Below are positions 37,901 to 48,129 of a stretch of 64,000 nt of DNA, in pieces. Source of the DNA: Amphiscolops sp. MND2022 (lineage: Eukaryota); assembly GCA_964187785.1 (NCBI GenBank), contig OZ076412.1:70556001-70620000 (forward strand), written 5' to 3'. Each line of letters begins with the position of its first letter. The first letter of the stretch is position 1. Made by a program: the position numbers and the translations under genes. A model generated the notes under the pieces. That model saw only the letters and a list, made by a program, of their open reading frames with translations, searched no databases and was not told the DNA's origin.

Positions 37901-39073
37901 AAGTTCTTAATCATGATGATTTTCCCTTGTTTCATGACAATTTTGTGTTTTACCCTAAATTTAAAACAAAGGCGAGACAGAGGCTTCCAAGTGTTCCGGG
38001 AACTCGTCCAGTTCCTTTTCAAATTGGGCCGACGCTGTATCCGACCAGCTAATTTACCCATTGAGAGTGACATGCTGAACATTTTGTGTCTGCCGATACC
38101 AGACGTCAAGGCCTTGAGCATCAGCGATTTCCTCTCAAGGTCAAAAGTAGAGACGAGACTCGAAACGACTTGTAAAGCCCAAGCAGAGGCTGAAAAAGGA
38201 GAGCGTAAAAATGAAGGATTGAAGCTGGAAGAGATCGCCTCGAAAATTAAAGAAGAGTTCGGACGGAGTGCCCGTTCCTACGTTATCTTTCTGTTTAAAG
38301 GGGCACAGGGGCTCACCCGATTCACCTCTGGTATAGTCAAAGGTCTAGGGTCTTTTGACCTCGAGATAATGCTGGTCGAGCCATTGGAGAATGCGGCGTA
38401 TTGCTTCAAGCAGCTCTTCACAAGTTTTCGACTCCGGGGATTATTGCAGCCAGAGGAGGAAACAGTTTATACTGAAGAGTATATGTCTTTCCGTGACATA
38501 CTTCGTCAATCTCACCCGGGTGTGCAACAGCCAAAGCTTTTGATTGCAGACACCATCGAATTCGTTTGTGGGCAAGAGTCCTTCAAGTCCAGAGTGTACC
38601 TGCGTCACATATTCCGGCTAAGTTGTTTGTGTCTGGATGAACATCGCCTGTCATTCCCGCTGGTCAAATTTGGTTCTCGTCGCACTGACGACCCTCTAAG
38701 TCCTATGTTCGATGTTATTGCGCCCATACAATCGTATCTTGACAATGTGCCCCGAGGTCTAGATGTCCTCACTAGCGATTCCTCCATCACGCGGTTCGTA
38801 GCATTAGAGCAAATTTTTGGTAATGGCGGGCTTAGTGATGTGTACAGCCTCTGGGATTCGATCGACCATTTTGGCAGGGTCCAAATTAGGGGAGCTCTAG
38901 GTACCGTCGGTACCGGGCAGTCGACGACTTCCAGCGTTGATGGAGCTGCTGAGAGCACTGGTTTGAAGCCTTTCGCTGTCCCAAAGCCTTACAAGCGCCG
39001 TAGTCATCTACTGTCTGGGAAGGAACTGGCGGATTCTGCTTCACGTCTTGCCGCTAGTTGCAGTAAAGATTAA
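34932..39073 (+). CDS. Antisense multi-exon gene of element E: zinc finger plus catalytically degenerate hAT-like domain
   Basis: Exon 1 34932-36932, exon 2 37079-37572 (1-nt frameshift near 37232), exon 3 37637-37771, and a terminal exon within 37880-39073. GT-AG introns in phase 0. Exon 4 unresolved. Confidence 0.85.
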
Positions 39074-39237
39074 TTGTACCATATGTACAAATGTATGTTA
39101 GACTTTGCCTCTCATGTATAAACTTTATCTTGTTTTGATTGTTTTATTGTTATTTTAGTCCAGTTTGTTGGTAATTTCCTAGTCAGTTTTAGTCTTTCAG
39201 TTGAGATTGTTGAAAGAGACAGAATATTACTATTTGT

Positions 39238-42200
39238 TTAGTATCTGTATTCATCAGTGAAGTTGAAGGTGGGGTTAGGACGAAGGTTATATTTCCTTCC
39301 TCTAGAGCTTTCATTTTCCACAATCATATCGTTTCCATCATCTAATACTTCAGGCACGATAGTATCGCTCCCGCCTGATGATTGTTGTTCATCAAGCCAG
39401 TCATTTGTCCCTTCTAAGGGTGTTTTTTCAAGCGATACGGGATTGTCACTTTGGTGTGGCCCGGTGGACCGAAGGTCCACGTCGGTGAAAATTTCGCCTG
39501 GTGGGCTGGTATTGTCCACAAAGCTACCTGGAGTGTCTGCGGTATCAAGACGCGTAGGATTTGCGGTTTCTGCAGTTGGATCGGGGAATTCTCCAAAATT
39601 AGTTTCCCACGTGATGACATATAGGTCATCTTGCGGAATAACAATTTCATCGTCCGGTTGCAAATTGCCTTCCGGTCGGTTGTCCTGTAGGGCAGTGTTC
39701 AATTAGTATTTGCGCAGTCTAATGCGGTGTAGGATTTGCGTTTTGTTGGAATTTAGTTTTCTAACTATGTAGTTTTCATTCGGTAAGACCTTTTCTACAA
39801 TGTAGGGTCCTGTCCATCGGTATTCGCGGATTGGAGTTTTCGATCCTTGGTGGTCAGCAATGGGTTGTAATATGAAACAATTTGTCTCAAAGGAGCCGTT
39901 TTGGCTTATCGGTCGTTTTGTCTCAAAGGAGCCGCTTTGGCTTATCGGTCAAATTATTCCTTGTATTTCAAATAGGATTGCATTATGTTTTTCTTTGTGG
40001 AATCTAGTAATATTTGGGTCCGTCTTTGAAATTCATCTGCGAAGTCTGTAGTCGGAAGGACCTTTGGGTTTGGGTTAAGGCCTAATTTGTGATCCAATAT
40101 AATATATGGGATTCTTCCGTGGAACATTCTGGATAGTTCACATCCCAGGGTGGCGTGATAAAATGTATTGTAATTCAATACGGCGGCAAGTTTTTGTGCC
40201 ACCGTCGCCTATAGTCCCCTGAGGCCATCTTGAGATTCGTTTTGAGACTAGCGTGAGTACGCTCTAGTTTACCGATTGTTTGCGGATGTTTTGTAGTTGC
40301 GCATTTTATTTGGATTCCTAGGATTTGAGCTACTTCAGCGATTAATTTGGACGTGAAGGCCGTCCCTTTGTCCGTGATCAAAGTAGTAGGCAAATAAGTA
40401 TGTTTGGTCATTATGTCTATAATAACCTTAGCCGTGTTTGTGGCCGAAGCATCGGTGACTGGATGTGCAAAAAGATATCGTGAAAACACGTCCAATGCGG
40501 TTATGATATTTTCGTACCCTCCACTGGGGGGCAGGTTTGGTAACAAATCAATTTGCCTTGCATCTTCTGGGCCTAAGTCGCATTCGGGCAAATTCAATAA
40601 TTCTGGTGTGATGGATGAGTTTGGAATTCTTTTGTCTTTGATACAGATTTCACATCCCTGAACTTATTGTCCGTCAGTATAATCACCGGTTTTGGGGTTC
40701 CCCGAAAGATATGTCCAAATTCCTTGAAAGCAAAGAAAATTGTTAAGAATTCTTTTGCATAGATGGACATTTTCTATTGGGTAGGACTAAAGGTCTTGGA
40801 TCCATAGGCTACTGGTGCGAAAGCCTTCCTCGTGGAAGTGTACTTTTCGAAAGGATCATCCTCAATGAGAACTGCGTACCCCGCGGCCGAAAAGTTGGCA
40901 TCTGTCATAGGAGCTATTTGCTTGTTCGGTAAGGGCTGTTTGAGTGCCAGTTCACAACATCGATCAAGAGCCTTGTTGATCTCGGTGAATTTTTCCAAGA
41001 GGTCCGGTGTTACCAGGACTTTTTCATCTTTAGTAAGTAGTCTGAAAAACGGTGTTAGTTTTTCTGATAATCTTGGGATGTAATTTCGGTAATAGTTTAG
41101 AAATCCCAAGTAACGCTGTAGTGCTTTCTTGGACTTCGGAAATTTTGCATTTTCCAGGAAGTTTTGGACCCGAGGTCTCTGCGGCTTCACTCCAGAAGGA
41201 GTGATGGTACGACCTAGGAAATCGATTTCCATTGCTCCGAAGTGACATTTGTGCATGGTAAGTTTCGGACCAGCTCTTTGAATGCATTGGAAAGTGGCCC
41301 TCAGGTTGTTGACGAGTTGTTCGGCATCATTAGCAGCGATGCCAATGTCATCAACGTATTGGGCACATTGGTCTGCTTTGATAACTTTATCCAAATATTC
41401 ACGCATAAAGCTGGAAAAGGCCGATAGGGCTCTACTAAGTCCTTGTGCCAGTCTTTTATATGCGAAGGTTCTGCTTGCGAAATTGAAGGTAAACAATTCG
41501 ATGGACCGCCGGTCAGCCATCTGTAGACAATGATATGCTTGCGAGCAGTCCAATTTGCAAAATAGCTTTTTCCCGGCCATGTGTTGGCCTGCGTCTGTGA
41601 GCGTACTCACCGTGTGATTGTTGTCTATGTAATCATTTGAAATGAGGTTGTTGAGTTTCCGTAAATCGACTAAAAGACGTAGTTTTCCATTGGTTTCTTT
41701 TGGGCAAAAATTGGGCTTGCATATTTGGAGAACGGGAGGGTTGTAATGATCCCATAACGGTGTAGTAGTGCTAGCTCCACAAGGATATCCTCCTTGAGAT
41801 TGATTAGGGTTGGTAAACTCTGACTATAGGCTGGGAAATCATCTTTCGGCGTCAATTTGACCTTGAAGTCCTCGTTCATGCCTATGTCAAATCGATGTCT
41901 TGCGAATATGTCGTGAAATTCGACAAGTAAGTCTTTTATGCGAGCTATTTCAGCTGGTTGTAGCATAGAGTCTGTCCAATCAAAATTGGACAAGAATTGT
42001 CGTCTGGACTCAGTGTCATCCTGAGGGTTAAATTTCTCTAGTTCCTGAAGGTTGATTAGGTCTGACAGAATCCTTTTCTGGATGGGTGTGTGATGCTGAG
42101 GGTCCCCAGGGTCTTCTGGTGTTGGGAACCAGTAATTCTCCCTGAAGTCCTCAGGTTTGGTAGATTTGATCAAGCTGCTTGCATAATGAGCAGCATTTAG

Positions 42201-43529
42201 TAGGTGCCATGTGGTCACCAGGTCTATAGATTCAACATATTTCATCCGTTCTTGTGTCAGAACAGTGAAAGTGGCTACTTGCGTGTCCTTTTTAAGAGTG
42301 TAGGGACTGTCAGTAAATTTCTTCAGGTGGACTGATACTTGACCATTGGTCAAGGTGACTAGAGCAGCACAAAAGGCTATATCGCCATCATCAGTGATGT
42401 TGTTGCTCGGTTGAAGGATCCCAGTAACTGTAGTGACCTCGTACAGTTGTGAAGCCATTAGGACCGAGTGTCGGCCATTAGGTGGGATGGTTACATCTTC
42501 CCTAATGCAAATGGGTTCCATGACATTAGTGTATTTGTGATCCGCGGTCTTTGATTGCATGGAAAAGAAAGGAAAATTTAGGACTCCTTGTCTCATGTCC
42601 AGGATAGTGTTGTTCCGTTGAAGGAACGAAAGGCCAATCAAAGGACTAGTGAGTTTTTCCATGACCATAAATATTTCGTGAAATTCTATGACGCCAACTT
42701 CAAATTTAGGTTCGACAGTGCTCTTTGGTGTTTCCAGCTGCTCATTTGCAACCATGATTTGGAAGTTGGGTGCCGGGCCCTCGTTGACAATAGACTGAGG
42801 GGCTAGTAATCCGATTTTACGTAGATCAGCTTTTGGGATTGCGCTAGATAGAGCTCCCGTGTCTAGAAGGCCATCTAGAGTTAGTTCGCCAAAATCCATT
42901 GGAAAATAGAGCATTCGTCGTTTGTGTTTGAGAACAAGATTGGTTGTTAGCGGTACATAGTCTGGTTCACCTGTTCTGGTGACTAGGGTGTTCACAAAGC
43001 GTGCTGTAACGGCTGTAGCCAGGGAGACTTGTGGTCCCACATGGTGGAATTCGTCGTCAACAGCAGCGTGATTCGTTTGATGAGTGAAGAAAGTGCCACG
43101 TTGCCATGGGTCGACTCGGGCCTTTACTAGGACCGCATTGAGTGCTTGATCAATTTCAGTGGAGTCTGACTCTATGTTCTGGTGTGGCTTGTTAAAATTA
43201 TGGTAGAAGTATAGATGATGTTTATTGTAGGAATTAGAGTCCCAATAGGGGTCAAAACCATAGTCAGGGTCAGGGTAGTGCGGGTTATAGTCATCAATAA
43301 GTGGTATCATTCGTATAGTGGAAGTATCGTTTTGTAGTCTGTTGGACATAGGGTCCAACGTGGTGGAAGAGATAGGTGGATTCTTCATCTGCTGCTGCCA
43401 GTCAGCCGATGGTGTTTCTTTAAGAGCTGTATAATATTCTGTATAATATTTGTTTGGAGGGTCAGATAATACGTATTGTCGAATTTCGAGTTTTGTGTTT
43501 ATTTGGAGTCGTGGCGAAGCTAGTTTTTT
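39238..43529 (-). pseudogene. pol: Element E pol; deletion near 40662 removes the RNase H end and integrase N-terminus
   Basis: LLDTGA protease, CAQYVDDIG RT, ALDVFSRYLF and ITDKGTAF integrase. ILTDNK is fused directly to GCEICIKDK. Confidence 0.93.
43523..43529 (-). promoter_or_regulatory. -1 ribosomal frameshift heptamer A AAA AAC (element E)
   Basis: Immediately precedes the gag TAG. The -1 frame is open into pol (LASPRLQ...). Confidence 0.75.
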
Positions 43530-44632
43530 GGATTTTTTAAGATTGAAGTTGTTTGCTTATTTTTTGTGTCTTCTTGGCTGGTGGACGTATCGGTAACTGT
43601 GGTGTCGTCCATTTTAAGGTTTCTGGGCTTGAGATGGGCTCCAGCGCCTTTCCAACATCGTTCCGCCGGGTGATTCGTTTTGTCGCAAGTTGGTCATTTT
43701 GGATATTCTTTCTTGGTATCCTGTCCGTCATTCCGGCGTTGTTCCTCCTTTCTTTTAGGTTTTCGACAATCATCCTTGACATGTCCGGGTTTTTTGCAAT
43801 AGTTGCAAGTAACGTTGGGATCAATGCCAGAAGAAAGAAGGCCAGTTCCCGGTCGTTTTGCTGTAGGGGCAGTGGACATTGTTGGTACGGGAATGTCGTC
43901 CCATTCCTCAAGTCCGTTGAGCTCTAGCTCACGTTCTAAATGGGTGACAATTTCTTCCTAGGTTGCGTTTTCAAGTCTAGCCATGTTGACTGAACGTTTT
44001 AATTTCGGCGGCAATTTGGCATATAGTAGGCTGTCGATCATTGCCTGGGCATTTTCGCCAAACGCTTTTTCTGCTCCTTGGTTGAGTTCTTCAAGGAAGT
44101 CTGGCAATTTCATGGTGTTTGGGTCAAACACCAATCTGTGCCATTTGTGTTTGGCGGTCGCCTGGGACTCTGGTTCGATGTATTTCCGACAAAATACTGC
44201 CAGGATGTCCTCCAAGGTTTGCCTGTTTGCCTTATTTATGTTACGGAAAGTTTGTAGAGCGTTCTTTCGTAACAATGAATGAACATGATTTATTTTCATT
44301 GTTTCAGTCATATCCGGCTGCATTTTAATCATTGTGTGAAAGAAATCTTCGAAAAGTTCAACTTTCTCTGATTTTCCGTCAAACGTCAGTGTAGTCGTAC
44401 TGACTGGGCGTACCATCAATGTTTGTTGGGATGGACGGTTATTCATACCGACTAGTACTTCTGAAACACGGTTGATAGGGTCAGAAGGAGTTGTAGGTGC
44501 TGTAGTCTCAGGGACTTGAGGGATTGTTTCCTGAGGCTCGTGATCGGTCGAATTGTGGCGTTGCAGGGGTTCACGGGATTGCATGGGACGTCCAGTGAGA
44601 AACTCAGGAACCAAATGTAGGGTAGGGCTGGC

Positions 44633-44643
44633 TCCTGTCACCA
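44633..44643 (-). promoter_or_regulatory. Primer-binding site TGGTGACAGGA (element E)
   Basis: Follows the 5' LTR end and is absent after the 3' LTR end. Confidence 0.85.
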
Positions 44644-46263
44644 TGTCGTGGTTTTGTTCACTATTCACAGAGTCTACTGAACTCTGTCGTGATCTTAGTC
44701 TATTGTTTTCCTGCATAAAACACTTTCTAGGGCAATTTTCCCACAATTTCTGCGCGTCTTCAACTTCGGAGTTCCAATGTAGCCCCACTGGACCTTCGGT
44801 CTCCCGTGGTGAAATTAGCTGATTTTGAACTATCATGTAGCCCAATGGACTCTCGGTCCACCACGGTGTGATTTACTCTGTCCTGCATTTCCAACGTATT
44901 TTGGAAGGAAGGAAGTATTTTCTCAGTGATTGCGCTACTAATAGCGTCTTGTATTTGAATGTTCAAGCTATTTTTGATTTTATTTAGTTTCCTTGACATT
45001 TGATTAGAAATCTCTTCATTAATCATTCTAGTGGTCTCAATAGTAATTTCATTATTCTCCTTGCTATTTGTATTGAGTAAAGATCTAAAATCCTCCCCAA
45101 TTACGTTCGAACTTTGCTGTGGCCTATTGGACCCTGAGTCCAAATTTACTCCGTTTTTACTAATATCATTTTCCTCATCATCCCTGGAGTAGCTTCCGAG
45201 CATTATATCAACATTTTCCACGTTGGACATCATGTCCAATTGTCTAGATCGTCGCTCTTTAGCTTTTTGTTTCCTGGTTGAAGGCATCGAAGAATCAATT
45301 TAATCAATAATGAATTGATCAAAAGAAGTTATCGAAACAGATTTCAACAAGTGAAAAGACAAATCAATTTATGTAGGATTTGTGAACGTAGTGTTAGGTA
45401 TCGCAATTACTGTAAGAATCATCCTCGGGACCTGGCGTCCCTGCTATTTATATTTTCCACTGCATTAACAGGTCATTGTTTTAAATTTAGCCCCAAAAAA
45501 GGCTAAAAACAGCCTTGAGGGAGATGACATCATTATTACCTCACTTTCAAGTAACTATAAATAGCAACAGGTTATATTAAAGCAAAAGGTGTGGGGGTTT
45601 CAAAGTTATACCAGAGGGCCTTTTAGCATCAAATAAAATCTACATGTGCGTCATAATATCATCATGATTGCATAACGGATATAGTAAGCAAATAAACGCG
45701 TTAATAATACCAAAGCGGGCCTAAAGTCCGAATAGCTACAGCACAGTGACGTCATAGTCATAGTATATGAATAACACCATGGCGAACTCAAGGTCCGTTT
45801 GACTACAGTAAATATAATACTGCCTTCTGATTGGCTATGAGTGTTATAGACAGCGCGTACAATTTGGCAAAGGAAACAAGCATTTGAACTCGTTTCCTTT
45901 GCTACGTACAATTGCTAATTACCAATTTCACAGCGTTGAATTTATTCAATTTGCCATTGCTATTACATCAATTAACTAACAGTTCTAGGTAACACAAACA
46001 CTAAATAGATAAAAATAATACTCCAAAATATGGTTAATATCCGTATAAGAGTGAGTTTAAGTTTGAAACATTTATTGTAGGCAAATCGACCGACGGTCTA
46101 CTATGGTGTAATTTGCATTCCTCTTGTCGTATGCCATGATGGTGCTTCTTAAGTCGCTGAGTTTTTCTTAATTAGATCGGTAGAACTTCTGGGGGTGGAT
46201 TGGGCACACTAATTCCCGCTGGAATTTGATATAGAATCCCGTCACAGGCGGCAGCCTGCGACA
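44644..46263 (-). repeat. 5' LTR of element E (1620 bp)
   Basis: Aligns with 31405-33035. Confidence 0.95.
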
Positions 46264-46268
46264 GCTAT

Positions 46269-47155
46269 ATTTAGACCTTCCAGGAGTCTGACGCAATATT
46301 ATATTTTTAACATTTGACCCTAGAAACATTACGTTATGATGATTTACATAAAATTGAAAGTCATGTAACTAAAAACACCACCCAATAGGATCAGTTGAAG
46401 GAGGATCATCAAAAGATCATTCTTCTAACCATCATTCGAAAAATATCACACATTCAGAGCAGTCATTCAATTTCACAAACAAATCACAATCCCCAAACTT
46501 CGCAGTTTCCTTTCTCTGTAAAAATAACTTCCACAGTTTCATTTTGCCAAAATATCTTTGTAATTCAAAGATTTTTGCACCCAACATTGTTTTCATTATG
46601 GGAAACAAGAGAAATAGACGATCGAGGAGAGTAGAGTCTCAATCATCAGACAGAGACGAAAATACTTCAGAAACAAGCTTCGCTCAAGGTAATGGGACTT
46701 TAGTTGGTGTTTCTGAAAATGTTAATAATGTTCTTGACAGGAACTTAGGCAGCGAACTAACAGAACCTTCTCTGATAAGCAATGAGATAGAAGTCATTTC
46801 GCAAAGACTAACAGAGCAGAATAACGACAAGATGTCACAGATTGAAGAGCAACTAAATAACAAATTCGAAGAGATACTTAAGGAGACTAGAACAAACAAA
46901 AACCACCTTGTAATAACTGATGAAGAGGATGTTGAGAACAATCAGCCCCGTCCTTCTAACTATAGAAATAAGGGTCTCAGGAACAAACACGCATCAAATT
47001 GAACATCAGATAAAAATAAGAATCAGGATGACCGGTTCTATCCTCTGAAATGAGTGAATTAAGACAACCGTACACTCCTCTTGGGATTGCTGAAGACACT
47101 TTAGACGAAACCAACATCATAAATGAAAACAGACAGGAAAGGGCCGATCATCACA
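46269..47155 (+). repeat. Element F 5' LTR, right part
   Basis: Aligns with ~61040-61935 and ends GGGCCGATCATCACA followed by TGG. Confidence 0.92.
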
Positions 47156-47166
47156 TGGTGACAGGA
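47156..47166 (+). promoter_or_regulatory. Primer-binding site TGGTGACAGGA (element F)
   Basis: Follows the LTR-terminal CA. Confidence 0.85.
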
Positions 47167-48122
47167 CCTACCAAGAACATCCTGAGACAAAGTTCGACTA
47201 ACTCCACCACCAATACACAAGGACCACACGCACAATTTCCTCTCGAGCATCCTGAACCAACAGATCCCGTCAGTCAAATTGCCATAGGAATCGAAAACTT
47301 CGCAAGAAGAAATACCGAACCATCCCTTTTTCACCCGAAGAACACACTTACTTTCAATGGGAAATTAGATAAAAATGAAAAATTTGAGTATTTTGAAGAT
47401 CTTTTCCACACAACACTCAAAATGCAACCACACCTCACGGAAAACATGAAAATCAACCATTTTCATGCCCATCTAAGAGGACTAGCATTGAAAACTTTTA
47501 AAAACATCCAACGATTTCCGACAACAACACTTGAAGGTATACTAGTAGTCTTCAGAAGGAAATATGTTAAGCCTGAATCCAGTGCTTCTGCAAAACACAG
47601 ATTTAACCGGCTCATGTTCCAACCAGTTCAACCAGGCTTACCTCGAAAACGGTACCTAAGAACAAATAGTGAGACATCTAGAAAGAGAGATGGAGCTCAA
47701 TGGACTCGAAGCAGATGAGCCCCTAATGAAAACTCAAATGACTGCAGTCAAACAACAAACCAACACACAAAACACTAAACACCCCCACAAAACACAAAAA
47801 CAAAAACAAAAACTCCAAACACAGTACCCAACAGCACACTTCAAGATAACCAATGCCGATATTGCAAGAATGAAGGCCACATAGCAAAAGAAAGCCCAAA
47901 AGTTGCAAAACGACAGAAAATGGATCAAGACCCAGATGCACCAAGATGTTACCATTGTAACACCCCTGGTCATGAAGAACCAAACTGTTACTTCGGAGCA
48001 AACATGGAAAATCGTCCACCTAAATGGACACTCACCGAAACCCAGAAAAAACTAATCGAAGAATATAAAAAATCAAACAAGCCAATCAACCCTCGAAATC
48101 TCGAACCTTCGACATCGAAGGA

Positions 48123-48129
48123 TTTAAAC
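48123..48129 (+). promoter_or_regulatory. -1 ribosomal frameshift heptamer T TTA AAC (element F)
   Basis: Immediately precedes the gag TAA. The -1 frame reads LMKPRLQ, matching LASPRLQ in E. Confidence 0.75.

Larger units (their letters stand above)
43520..45287 (-). pseudogene. gag: Element E gag, starting in the 5' LTR, frameshifted
   Basis: MPSTRKQKAK...EQNHD-MVTG..., TFDGKSEKVELFEDFFHTMIKMQP, knuckle CNYCKKPGHVKDDC. Confidence 0.9.
31405..46263 (-). mobile_element. Element E: complete Gypsy-like LTR retrotransposon (14,859 bp), TSD GCTAT
   Basis: Two near-identical LTRs TGTCG...CGACA. GCTAT at 31400-31404 and 46264-46268. The flanks rejoin to match the uninterrupted F 3' LTR near 61030. 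Confidence 0.96.

Noticed and set aside
34842-39073. An independent hAT DNA transposon inserted into element E
   Set aside because: No TIRs or 8-bp TSD were seen. The same position, orientation and intron pattern occur in other divergent elements, indicating vertical inheritance with the retroelement.
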